NCBI GenBank assembly: GCA_951406725.2
Contig: OX597819.1
Span: 29,078,001 to 29,142,000, forward strand
Direction: 5' to 3'
DNA length: 64,000 nucleotides
Source of the DNA: Octopus vulgaris
Lineage: Eukaryota
The notes under the pieces are model-generated. The model saw only the letters and a program-made list of their open reading frames with translations. It did no database searches and had not been told where the DNA came from. The translations under genes were made by a program, and so were the position numbers. Positions 39,215-51,727 of this stretch are shown one piece after another; position 1 is the stretch's first letter, and every line of letters begins with the position of its first letter.

Positions 39215-39577
39215 TTGGATTCAGTCCCACTGCGTGGCACCTTGGGCAAGTGTCTTCTACTATATATAGCCTTGGGTTGACCAAAGCCTTGTGAGTGGAT
39301 TTGGCAGATGGAAACTGAAAGAAGCCTGTCATATATATGTATGCGTGTATATATTTGTATGTGTGCCTTTGTGTCTGTGTTTGCCGCCACATGACTACTT
39401 GACAACCAGTGTTGATGTGCTTACGGTCCCATAACTGAGTGGTTTGGTGAAAGTGACTGTTAGGATAAGTACCAGGCTGAAAAGAGACAAAGTACTGGGG
39501 TCGATACATTCGACTAAACTAATTCTTCGAGGTGGTACCCTAACGTGGCTACAGTCTAATGAGTGAAACAAGTAAAA
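39215..39577 (+). mobile_element. SINE family A, 5'-truncated
   Basis: Core and tail match the family. Confidence 0.88.
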
Positions 39578-39582
39578 TATAT

Positions 39583-39727
39583 TATTTACATTATTTACAT
39601 TTGACAGATATTTGTCCCCATCTTGCTTGTTGTTAACACAACGTTTCAGCTGATATACCCTCCAGCCTTCTTCAAGTGTCTTGGGGAAATTTTGAACCTG
39701 GGTTCTCATTCCTGAGGTATTCTTCAA

Positions 39728-39765
<38 letters not shown>

Positions 39766-39927
39766 TCACTGCTTGGAATTGAACTCAGAATCTTGGGGTT
39801 AGTAGCCCGCGCTCTTAACCACTATGCCATATGCCCACGGGCATATGATGTAGTGGTTAAGATGAGGAGAAATATCCGTCGAATGTAAATAATGTATATA
39901 ATTCCTTATCTCTTAAATATAGAACTG
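39583..39927 (-). mobile_element. tRNA-headed, hammerhead-bearing Penelope-like non-autonomous element with an inverted segment
   Basis: 13-bp TSD AAGTAAAATATAT (39570-39582 and 39928-39940); A/B boxes on minus strand; hammerhead-like motif at 39635-39682; inverted copy of the tail at 39861-39903. Confidence 0.75.
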
Positions 39928-40109
39928 AAGTAAAATATATATATAAAATAATGGTCTAACTCTCCACATAACCTAATGCTTTGAGGCTGCATAAAATGCA
40001 TCCATCCCATCAGACATCAGGAGACACACACAAACATATATACAAACATAAGTAACACTTGTATATACATACGTGTACATACACAGACATACATCAAATA
40101 AAGAATATA

Positions 40110-41400
40110 CTAGGGGCGTTCAATAAGTAATGCTTCTGACCCACTTGCAGTTATTCGATCTAGCTGAAATTTTGCATGTACAATTATTTATATCTTTATA
40201 GATTAAGTGGCAAATTACAGCTCTGGACTAATTGTGGTTTCTGATTTACAAGTGTTTGAACTGAGTCAAGTGTGAAATGGAGCCTGTTGAGTGTCGAGCA
40301 GTGATCCGGTTTTTGTATTTGAAAGAATGCACACCACGGGAGACTTTTGATGAAATGAAAGTAACTTATGGTGATGATGCCCTATCATAAGACCTTGTAA
40401 AACGCTGGCATCGTGAATTCAAACATGGTCAGAACTCTGTGGAAACAGCTCCCAGATCTGGTCGCCCCCTTCTGCCATTGATGAGGCATCTGTTCGTCAT
40501 GTTGAGGCTGCCATTTTGGAAGATCGACGCATAACCATTCGCCAAATAGCCCATGAGGTTAAGATTAGTACAGGGTCTGTGGAAACTATCATTCATGACC
40601 ATTTGCATATGCAAAAGGTGTCTGCCAGATGGATTCCCAGGTTGCTCACATCTTTCCAGAAGCAAGAACGTGTCGATTGCTCGAGGATGAATTTGGAGAT
40701 GCGCCAAGAAGATGAGTCAAAATTTTTCAAAAGACTGATTACACAGGATGAAACCTGGGTCCATCACTATGATCCAGAGACCCAAGCCCAGTCAATGCAG
40801 TGGATACACCGTGACTCACCTCCTCCAAAGAAGGCAAGGGTGCAGCCTTCTGCTGGCAAGGTCATGCTCACAGTCTTCTGGGACCAGGACGGAGTACTGA
40901 TGACAGATTTCCTGGCAAAGGGTGCCACAATTACAGGAGCCTATTATGCTTCACTTTTGAGGAAATTAAGAGAAGCTATCAAAATCAAGAGGCGGGGCAA
41001 GATCAGCAAAGGCATCCTCCTCTTGCAGGACAACGCTCCGGTTCACAACTCGCGTGTCGCCAGATCAGAAGCACAGGCGTGCAGCTATGAACTCATCCCC
41101 CATCCCCCTACTCTCCTGATCTTGCACCCTCTGATTTTCACCTCTTCCCAGCCATGAAGTTGTTTTTGAAAGGAAAGCATTTCCCAGATGATGCAGCCTT
41201 GATTTCTGAAGTCACGTCGTGGTTGGAGGACCAAGCTAGGGTCTTCTACAAAAACGGTCTCCAGAGCTGCATCAAACGATGGTAGAAATGCGTAACTCTG
41301 GGTGGTTCCTATGTAGAAAAAGACTAATAACTGTGCCAAGTTTCGTTGCTCTACTGCTATGGGAAGTGGGTCAGGGGCATTACTTATTGAACGCCCCTCG
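40110..41400 (+). mobile_element. full-length mariner (DD34D) DNA transposon, irritans/Hsmar2-like
   Basis: TA TSDs; 37-bp TIRs C(T/G)AGGGGCGTTCAATAAGTAATGC..GACCCACTT with 3 mismatches; 1291 bp. Confidence 0.96.
40277..41328 (+). pseudogene. mariner transposase pseudogene
   Basis: MEPVECRAVIRFL..WIPRLL..QDETW..QDNAPVH..(Y)SPDLAPSDF with D34D spacing; stops at ~40388 and ~41283; frameshifts at ~40468 and ~41108. Confidence 0.95.
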
Positions 41401-42190
41401 TACATGTACATATATCACTATGTATATATATATAAATATATATATATTTATACATATATATATATATATATACACACATATGAGCACACATACACGTATG
41501 TACATATACACACACACACTGAAACACCTCTGGTTATTTATTCCAGTTATTCAGACGTGGAAAGTATTATTCTTGTGATTGAATTCTGTTACCAAACGTA
41601 TTCACATCAAACATGACAACTGTAATATTTCTATCTAAACAGTATATTTTCCAAATTCCAAAACACGGGTCTTTAGTGTTTAGCCTCAATTAGATTTTGA
41701 CCATTACATGAGGTTGTTTATATTGACTATAACAAAATATGACCCAAAGACTTGTGGTAGAGGAAACTAATGGACAATTTATATATATATATCTAAATTT
41801 TTTTGTTTGTAATCCATGTTATATTACTGGCAAATGGATATCATTTATAATAGCAACCATTTACATGGAACTTGCTCCATTGTCCAAGTCAGAACACATT
41901 ACTTGTATCTTAAATATGCCTGTAGAAATATTTGTATAACACGGACAGAGCAATAAATGAATGCAGTGAATGTAGTTTTTACTTCAGGGAAACTTACCTT
42001 TCAAAATATATGTATGGACATGTATTTTTAAATAAATGTATGTGTGTAGGCATATATTTGTATACTTATGTGTGTAGATATGCACGCACACACACACACA
42101 CACACATAAATATTCATACAGGCACACATACAGCTTTAGATATACACAGAAATGTATGAACACACACACAAATATATATACTGAAACATA

Positions 42191-43225
42191 CCGAGTGTCC
42201 CAAAAAGTGTATACACACTTTAATGATTGAGAACTCAATTTTCGGTTCTTTTGAGATTAAACTCAGAAATAATGAAGTGAGCCAAACTAAGCACTGAATA
42301 AAGGAAATTTATCTAGAAGTGTTACAGAGAGTTTCAAAATGCGGTTAAAATGCAAAGTCAGTTTAGAAACGTCCAGTTGTTCTGTATGCTATGTGCCTAT
42401 CTCTTCCTCCTCCTTTTAATCAACAGCTTCAACAAGTACATCTCTAAATTTCTGACAGTTCAGTGGATCTTTAAGCTTTCATGTCTTTCCTTTCCAGACT
42501 GGTTTGTGTATCTAGGTCCTCAACTCCAAGTCTGAAGTTACTAACTACTTACCTATGTTACCCTATACATTCTTCACCGGAGAAGGACATTGCATTGACA
42601 GCTATTTTTCTATCCTGTTTTCTGATGAGAATTTAGTTAATCTGACTTATGTGTCCTCCAGACTGACAGGTGACCAGGTGTTTGATAGGTTTGTAGTGAT
42701 GCCCTCTTGGAAATCTCCAGCATGCAGTACTCATACGCAGGGTTGGAATCTTCCGGAAGGCCTGCTAGAAGTTCCCTCATGCGCAGGCGCAGAAAGCTAG
42801 CAGCAGTGAAATTCTCTTGCATCACTCTCTTGGACGCTAGCAGCTGAACAAGACAGACGTGTCTGCATCAGCTCTCTCGAGCTGCAGCCTCGTGGTGCAT
42901 CTCCGCTATGCTTGAACGGACAGGATAGACTCAATCCACTTGACTACTGCCGATTTGCCCAGAGGAAGGAAATGTTTATATTGCGAATCAAAGAATAAAT
43001 ATTTATACTGATGAAGTTAACGGAAAATCTTGACTTGTTCTTCAATTAATATTTGATGTAAAGGATGTGAGCTGCACCCCTCCAGTGTGGGAATCTCTCA
43101 TCCTGTTACAGGTTTTTTTAAAGTTATTGTTGCAGATAACCAAGGTATTTGCATCACAGAATTCCAACAACATGGTTCCCTTCTCATTTTGGAACCAAAG
43201 CCATAGACTTCATGCACAACATAGT
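42191..43225 (+). mobile_element. old Tc1/mariner-type element (rosa/maT-like), split by a solo LTR
   Basis: TA plus CCGAGTGTCCC TIR; degenerate FFTGEGHC (cf. FSDEAHF) and FQQHGS (cf. FQQDGA) motifs on either side of the LTR. Confidence 0.6.
42692..43110 (+). mobile_element. solo LTR (Gypsy-like)
   Basis: TGTA...TACA termini; 4-bp TSD GGTT at 42688-42691 and 43111-43114; AATAAA at ~42994; GC/CpG-richer than flanks; 419 bp. Confidence 0.82.
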
Positions 43226-44591
43226 ATAAACTGAAGTTACCAACCATAAAGATAAGGTCAATATCATACATTGTTGAAGTAATCTACAAAAAGTCTTTGT
43301 AAAATCAGTCCCTTTGTTCATATGGCAGCGCCAGTTGAGAAGCATAATCTAACATATGTTGCTGTTGTATTTTTCATGCCTAGTCTACTGTACACTGACT
43401 ATCTTAATCATTTTATCTAGTCATTTCTCTGTCAAAATTATGCCCATACACTCTATGTACACACACATATATAAAATAACATGCAAAAACAATATGATAA
43501 TCAAAGCTTTATAGCATACACGTGTTTTATCAAATTATTGTAATAATTACACAACAGTTGCAAGAGCATTATATAATATTACAACTCATATCATCAAGGT
43601 TCGACAATGAATATAGTGTATCTATTGTGGAACACTGATAAGATAAATTGCAACTTTCTATTAGGGTTTCTACAACTGTCATGTAATTATTAGGGTAGTT
43701 TGTTGAAACATGTGTATGTTTCCTAAGGCACTGAACACTACACTTGTTTTCTGTATATTATTATTTCTATTACTTGTATTCCACATATAAACCTATCCCG
43801 TGGTTGATGTACTTTGTTGCACAATACCAAATACTGAAGTGGAATGTGAAATCACTACTGAGCCTATTGGTTACATGTCATGCTTCACACCACTTTTATT
43901 TGATATATATGTGTGTGTGTGAGTGTGTGTGTGTGTGTGTGTAAGAAACGTGTACATATACACATACAATGTAATATAAATTTTAATCATTTTTGTACTT
44001 TATACCCATACAAAACATTGGAGAACCTTCCAATATTTTGTAATCAATGATGATATTTTCTGCATGAACAATTTGAAGATATGGTATTAAGTGCACATAT
44101 AATTCTTTGATATATATATATACATACATACACACATACTCTCACACACACACGCATATATATATTATACGTGCATGAGTGTGTGGGTGGCTGTATACAA
44201 ACACACATATGCATGCACACACACACACACACACACATACACACTGTGTGTAGCAGTAATATCTATCATATAGTTATGCCGGTTTATTACAGAAGATTTA
44301 AGCAGGCAATATCCAAAACAATAAAATAAAGAAATGCGCTCAAACTTCTGAAAAGACTAATAATAATTATGCAAATGGTACAAAACATCAAAGAGGCAAA
44401 AAAAAAAAAACAATACAAAAATAAAAAAATATATATATATATATAAAAAGATGTTGCCAAAACTGAAATACTGCATACAAAATTAGACTAGTAGTAGTAG
44501 TTGAAGTAGTAGTAATGATGATAATAGTAATAACAACAATTTATTTTGTAATAATAATAATGATAATATTATTAATAATAATAATGATAAT

Positions 44592-44946
44592 ATTCTTTAT
44601 CTTTTATTTGTTTCAGTCATTTGACTGCGGCCATGCTGGAGCACCGCCTTTAGTCAAGCAAATCGATCCCAGGACTTATTCTATCAGTCTCTTTTGCCGA
44701 ACCGCTAAGTTACGGGGACGTAAACACACCAGCATCGGTTGTCAAGCGATGTTGGGAGGGACAAACACAGACACACAAACACACACAGGGCTTCTTTCAG
44801 TTTCCCTCTACCAAATCCACTCACAAGGCTTTGGTCGGTCCAAGGCTACAGTAGAAGACACTTGCCGAAGGTGCCACGCAGTGGGACTGGACCCGGAACC
44901 ATGTGGTTGGTAAGCAAGCTCCATACCACACAGCCACTACTGCGCC
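44592..44946 (-). mobile_element. young SINE family A inside (AAT)n
   Basis: CpG-rich, full head-to-tail match. Confidence 0.92.
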
Positions 44947-45702
44947 TATTAATAATTATAATAATAATAATAATAATAATAATGATAATATTAATAATAA
45001 TAATAATAAAGATAATATTATTATATAATAATGAATTTGAAGACAAAAGATAAAGTAAAGTTAGGTATAGTATGACAGAGTGTGTATTCTAGCGTGTCTC
45101 GCAGGAAATAAAGAATTGTATAGCTGGCTACAGAGATTGACTGAATCCTTTGTACTGCAGGTATTTTTGTATAATTTTTGTAAAATATATTTTCTATAGC
45201 AGTTAATCACAGCTGGTGGTGATAGCACCCTTCCATCTTGATGAAAGCTCACCTATATTTCAAAGAGCTAAATTTTATTCATACAATATCTATTACTAGT
45301 AGCTAGGAATGACATGCAGGAGTCTATTGACTATTGTGATAAACAAGATAATTCCCATTCCAGGCATTGAAGTTTGTGAATGTTTCCAGGAAAAAAAAAC
45401 AAAAAAAAAACATTAAAAGCTAATAGCAGAAAGTTAAAAATCAAGCTTAACTTATTTTTAGATTTAAAAAAAAAATTAAAGTCCAAAACAAAGAAATTTC
45501 CTGAGTTATAACAAGACTATGAGAATTCTAACTTAAATTAGGCAGAATTTATTGAAATTTCTAAAAATGTTTTTGGATTCTTTCTCAGAACAGAAATACA
45601 GTTTATATAAGCCAATGTCTTGATTCCAGTTGAAGAGCGGAAAAGTTTGGACAAAATCATAATGAAGAAAAAGTCTCTATATAACTGTGGAAACAAACTT
45701 TA

Positions 45703-45866
45703 TGGCACAGGAGTGGCTGTGTGGTAAGTAGCTTGCTTACCAACCATATGGTTCTGGGTTCATTCCCACTGCGTGGCACCCTGGGCAAGTGTCTTCTACT
45801 ATAGCCTCGGGCCAACCAAAGCCTTGTGAGTGGATTTGGTAGACGGAAACTGAAGGAAACCTGTCG

Positions 45867-45901
<35 letters not shown>

Positions 45902-46085
45902 TTGTGTGTCTATGTTTGTAGCCCCACCATCGCTTGACGACCGATGGTGGTGTGTTTACATCCCCCGTAACTTAGCGGTTTGACAAATAAGACCGATAGA
46001 ATAAGTATTAGGCTTACAAAGATTTGCTTGACTAAAGGTGGTGCTTCAGCATGGCTGCAGTCAAATGACTGAAACAAGTAAAAGA
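45703..46085 (+). mobile_element. young SINE family A
   Basis: GGCACAGGAGTGGCTGTGTGGTAAG head through CAGTCAAATGACTGAAACAAGTAAAAGAG tail. Confidence 0.92.
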
Positions 46086-47570
46086 GGAAGTTTTTGAATA
46101 TATTATCACCATATTTATGAGAAAGAATATCCTATTGCTTATTGTTGAAAAATTGTTTATCATTTGCAAGAAAAATTTCTTATTAATGTTTATCATTAAT
46201 AAGGAAACTTTCTTTCTTATCTTGAGTAATAAATTATAGGAATAACTTTATAGAAGATGGCCACTTACACAAATTCCGTTTGTATGAAGAGAAAATTTGT
46301 TAGTTACATATTTGAAAAATTATTTGTCAAACTTGATATTTCCCCACATGGTACTAAACTAAGTCATTTCTGCATATAAATAATTGCCATTGTCACCAAT
46401 TTTGGAAATTACTTGACACTTATTCTATTTCCTCTGCTACCAATGATTGCATAATTTAGTACAATTTCATGTCACTGCAACAACTATTTTTTACAACTTG
46501 CTGTTCTTTCTACAGTTAATAATTCTAGCTATTATCAAACAGACAAAGGCGAGCAGAAATGTATACTTTGCATAAATGGCATCATACAATGGTTGCAGTA
46601 AGATTTAATGCTCTGTCTTTTGATAGACCTCTTTGGCTCATTGAGAAAGTGCTTATCGTTGGTGTCCATGGAATTAAGAATGGATAACATCCGGAATCCA
46701 ATGAAACTGGTGAAGATCTGCATCAGCAACTGCTTGTCTCTTTTCTACCACCCCTCCCTCCCTCAACCCTCTTCCTTCACTGCCACACATATTCACTGTG
46801 ATTACATCCTCATCTAGTTCCTGTCTCTAACATTTAACCTATTTGCTCTTTTTTTTTTTTTTTACTCACTTCCACCTACCATTACTTGACCAGTCTCTAT
46901 TGTAGGATTTCAACACAAAATGTCAAATTTTTCACTCCTCATAGCAACTAGCCAGACTGATACCTGTAAACCTTCTTGATTTTATGGCATCAAGCAGATG
47001 CCCATCAAGTAAGATTTCCTAGTGGAGGAATTAAAATGAGCACTGAAAACCAATGCATCATTCATTATTTTTATTTTACAAACACTTCTTACTTTTGAGC
47101 ATTTATAACACAGCCATGTAGCACCAGCTTAGATGATTTAGCCGAGTGGGAACTGTCTTGTTCACAGATACAATGCATCATGACAAGTTATTAAACTAAG
47201 GCTGACAAACATAACCACATCTTCAATAATTCAATACCTTATTCTCACAGCTACTGTATGTGATAATTAATATTAAATTTACAATAATCAAATTAAATGA
47301 CAACAGATATGAAACTGAGAAGAAAATAGAGTACGACTAAATTATAAACATATTGCTCTAATGTAGTTCTTCCTCAATAAAAAAAAAAACATTATTATTA
47401 TCATAAACATAATGGAAGTTTCTGATAGTTTTAGAATTAAAATGATAAAAAATTGTGATAAAGATCATCCTCAACAGTAGCCAATTTCTGGAGTGTGAGT
47501 GGTTCATTCACCAATTCTTCTCTCTGTTTCCAATCCTGTTATTTCTACCACATTATTAAACAGTTTATGA

Positions 47571-47768
47571 AGACGGCAAGCTAGCAGAATTATTAGCACG
47601 CTGGACAGAATGCTTAGTCACTACGTTCTGAGTTCAAATTCCACCGAGGTCGACTTCGCCATTCATCCTTTCAGGATCAATAAAATAAATACTAATTGAA
47701 CCCTGGGGTTGAGATAATTGACTCATCCTCACCTCCCACAAGCAGCCCTTGTGGCAAAAATTTGAAAT
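47571..47768 (+). mobile_element. SINE family B
   Basis: Head GGCAAGCTAGCAGAA, B box GAGTTCAAATTCC, core. Confidence 0.88.
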
Positions 47769-47829
47769 TAAACATTTTTTTTTTAATGTATTCCTCTTTG
47801 CTGTTTTTCAGAGGTTTCTTCAGCTACCA

Positions 47830-48850
47830 ACAATTTTTGCAGACCTTTGGCACTTGATATGCCCCATATACCTAAGTTTTTGCCAATCCAGTTGTTTTAC
47901 AATACTTCACTAAATTACAAAAAACATCCAACATACTTATGTGTCTTTTTTCTATCAAGGTAATTCTTAGCATTTTTTCTATACCACCAAACCTAGAAAA
48001 TTTATCTTTTTTCTATCAGCTATTTCTTTCTTAAAAATTCCACATTCAGATCCAGACATTGTCGTTGGAAATATCAGTGTGCAGCAATTTCGATTTGGCC
48101 TTTTTATTTATTGGAGGATTTTTAACAAATGCAATTTAAAGAGAAAACAGATTTTGCTAATGCAATCCTTTTTATCTTTCTTATGCATCACAATTATTTG
48201 TAATAATACTTCCAAGATAGCAAAACTGATTTACCCTTTTGACAGTTTGATTATCAATTACTGTAAAATAGTCTTGATCATATGTTCCTGAAGTAAGCAT
48301 CAATTCAGGTTTGCTAAAAATAATGGATAAACCATATTGGATCTTTTCGGTTTGGACGGCAGTTTTTAACATAATTTCTAGGTAACTAAAAAATTTTAAA
48401 CTTTGTATACTGGTAGAATGTGTTTATAAAACATCTCTTGGCTTTATTGAGAAAATTCTATAGTTTGTAAGATATTTGTTGTTTTTTTCTTCAATTTCTG
48501 CAATTTCAACCAATCACAGACGTCTGTTTTAGGTGAAAACATTCTGTGCCGTATGAATATGTCCCTCGTTTAAGAAACAGATTGGGTTTATTTACATTTG
48601 TGAAGAAAAAAAGTTACCCTTCCCCCCACCCCTAGCCAACCCTAACCCTAAAACAGATTGAAATGCAATAGATCGATACTAGGGTCATAATTATGGGTGA
48701 CAATTTCATATGACATCGCTAGAAAAAACTGCCGTTCAAATCGAAAAGATCCACCATATCCTCACACTTTTTTTTGCATTCACCTTCAAAATTTTCCATT
48801 CATTTTAAGTTACCCAAAAGTAGAACAGTGTTATCAATAGATCTGACATA
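47830..48850 (-). mobile_element. old RTE LINE RT fragment interrupted by a MITE
   Basis: VRSIDNTVLL (cf. RYADDTVLL) ... YGLSII ... VKRVNQFCYLGSIITNN, collinear across the MITE. Confidence 0.65.
48339..48752. mobile_element. MITE with ~29-bp TIRs
   Basis: GGATCTTTTCGGTTTGGACGGCAGTTTTT / AAAAACTGCCGTTCAAATCGAAAAGATCC; flanks ACCATATT and ACCATATC (TSD); internal CCCTAA repeats. Confidence 0.92.
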
Positions 48851-49015
48851 GTTGACCATTCTTCAAAAACAAAAAAACTTTCTGGATGCATAAATATTAA
48901 ACATATTTTGTTTTACTGATTTTAAATTTGGAATTTATTACATCCCATTTCAAGGGAATTTATTTGAAAGTAGGTATTCTTGAAATATTTGTTTCTAGAT
49001 AGAACTGAGTAAATA

Positions 49016-49378
49016 CTGGTTTCAAATTTTGGCACAAGGTCAGCAATTCCAGGAGTAGCAGTAAGTTGATTACATCGACCCCAGTGTTTAACTGGTACTT
49101 ATTTTATTCTTTTCTACACAAGGCCCAAAATTTTTGCGGAAGGGGCCAGTCAATCACACAACTAGTACTTAATTTATTGACCCTGAAAGGATGAAAGGCA
49201 AAGTCAACCTCGGCGGAATTTGAACAACTAGTACACAACTAGTACTTAATTTATTGACCCTGAAAGGATGAAAGGCAAAGTCAACCTTGGCAGAATTTGA
49301 ACTCATGATATAAAGACATGAAATACCGATAAGCATTTCATCTGGTGTGCTAAAGTTTCTGCCAGCTTGCCACCTTAT
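49016..49378 (-). mobile_element. chimeric SINE family B with an internal tandem duplication
   Basis: 13-bp TSD AACTGAGTAAATA (49003-49015 and 49379-49391); core duplicated at ~49158-49225 and ~49236-49303. Confidence 0.85.
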
Positions 49379-51506
49379 AACTGAGTAAATATTAAAAATG
49401 AAACTCCTCTAATCTTTGCACCTTGACTGACAGTCTTAATTCACCTCATTCCACCCCAATCATACCAAATTAGTAGTCTCTTACTCTCAACTGTTTTGTC
49501 ACTGCTGTCTCTGAAGTGGAGACTAACTTGGAAGTAAAGTTACACATTATAGTTTACTTTTCTGCATATAAATAAATACATTTACATACATGTACCTCAC
49601 ACCGCCTGCTTTCCCTACATATACCCCCACTCAGCAAATACATTTCATACAGATTTCACTTCATTTATATCTTTCACTCCATGCATACCTCACACATTTT
49701 TACACCTGTTTGACTACCTACAACTAACATATACACATACCTCACACACAGTTCTTTTCAAAGGACTACTGCTTGATAGTCACACTTAGTTCCTGTTTAT
49801 CACCCCACTCTGGTATATCTTTTTTACCTTACATTTCTTCTGTCTTTACTCACTCCCTAATACCATACTTGAAGAAAAAGCACTACTGCTACAAGTTTCA
49901 CACAATGACTTATTTTTATTTCTCTTCCTTGACAATATTTAATTAATAAAATGTGCCCCTTTTTGCACCCACTTTTTCTTTATATAACATGTGACCTACA
50001 TCATCACTGTCAGTGTTGATGTCATGATAATAATACTTTCAACTATAAACCTGCTCCTAATTGTTTGGACATGAACTCGCAAGGAAGCATCTGACTGACC
50101 ATACTAAAATGTTTAGACCATACTAAAATACTAAAATGTTTAGTAGGTAGTCAACACCCGTAGCTACATCCAGCCCTTCTCTTTCAGATTATGAAAGCTT
50201 ACCATAATGTTTAATCTAGATACAGTGAAATTTTAAGACTTCATTTTTTTATGGGCATATATGGGTTAACTGGTGTTTATTTCATCAACCCCAGAAGGAT
50301 GAAAAGCAAAGTTGACCTCAGCAGAATTTGAACTCAGAATGTAAAGATGGATACCACAGGGAGTTATTTGGTTGGTTTCTACAGCTGGATGCTCTTCCAA
50401 ATGCCAACCACTTTACAGAGTGTATTGGATACATTTCCTCATGGTTCCAACACTAGGGAATGCTGAATAGTGTTTGATAAGAATGGACTAGAGGGATTTC
50501 ATAATCTTACACATTTTCTGCTTGTTTAGTCAACCACCCTAACAGCTAACAACTGCAAAAGATTAATTCAATTTATTATAATTACATTTCTCATCGACTT
50601 TTATAAGTTCCACTTGGGAAAGGAAGTGAGGGGAGAGAGGGAAGTACTCTTCTTCAGCAAATGTGCCAAAAGGTGACTGACTGGCAAAAAAATGGTTAGG
50701 GTGAATGGAACTACTCTAATCATGTGTCTGTTGATTGGAGAACATATGGGCAAAAGCTTGTGCCTTTATTGGTCAGGGTAATCTCTTCCAGAAATTACAA
50801 GAGATGTGGTTAAAAATTCTTATTTAAGCAACAAAATTTATTTCAACAATTTCTTTCTCTTAAGCATGACACACGTGTCAGGTATGTACAAAATTCAAAT
50901 TGGCATATTAATATTATTGATTACCATCACCATCTATTACTATCATTAATGTTGTTATTGTAACAATGAGTGGGATGTGTTATACTAATTTATTAAAAAT
51001 AATTTTAAGCTAATAAAGTGGTTTGTCATAATCTAAGTTTTCTTCAGTAGTTTTTCATACTAATTTTATCCATGAATTTTCAGAACTAACCATAACAGAA
51101 ATTAATGAGCTGCCACTACAAATAACGCACATACCTTAGATTCTCCCACAAACAATGTCCTGTGTGTTTTAGGTTTCTATTACCTTAAGTAGCTTCCTCT
51201 CTCAGTAGCTTTTGCAGTATTTATTCAAAATACTGATGTATACATTTCTTACTTAGACATACAGCTTTAAATTTATAGAAGAAAGAAATGGGTTTGTGTG
51301 ATGTTGATGCCTTTTCAAAGTTTTACTTCTTCATTATAAGACTTATTTTGATATAGCAAAATGTCTGCCTTTGTTCATTAATAGTTGGCCCACATTTTAT
51401 GCATTTTCTCTTCATTTTAACTGATCTGCTGTTCAGTAAATAGAGCAGAGGAAGTTCAGTGATGCAGTGCAAAGTCATAATTATATAGCAGAGGTTGATA
51501 CCTTAA

Positions 51507-51727
51507 CCCCTTTGTGACAAAATGCCAACTGAAGTACAATGATTTAAAAAAAAATTTATTTTAAAAATTATCAAAAATAACTTCCATCATGAAACTGATG
51601 TTTGGAACATGACAAAAGATTCTTACATAAAATTATGGCTTGCGGTTTAGAGCTAAACACCTTAAAACATGGCTTTTTTTCTTTCGTACAATCAGGGACA
51701 GTCTCAGGTAGGTTGACATTAAAAGAG
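51507..51727. mobile_element. degenerate piggyBac-type MITE
   Basis: TTAA at 51503-51506 and 51728-51731; CCCCTTT / AAAAGAG ends; 221 bp. Confidence 0.65.

Noticed and set aside
43007-43030. CTGATGA..GAAA in the solo LTR
   Set aside because: No stem II or stem III pairing.
45061-45270. ORF and apparent splice signals
   Set aside because: No homology; the putative 15-nt microexon has a stop in phase 0.
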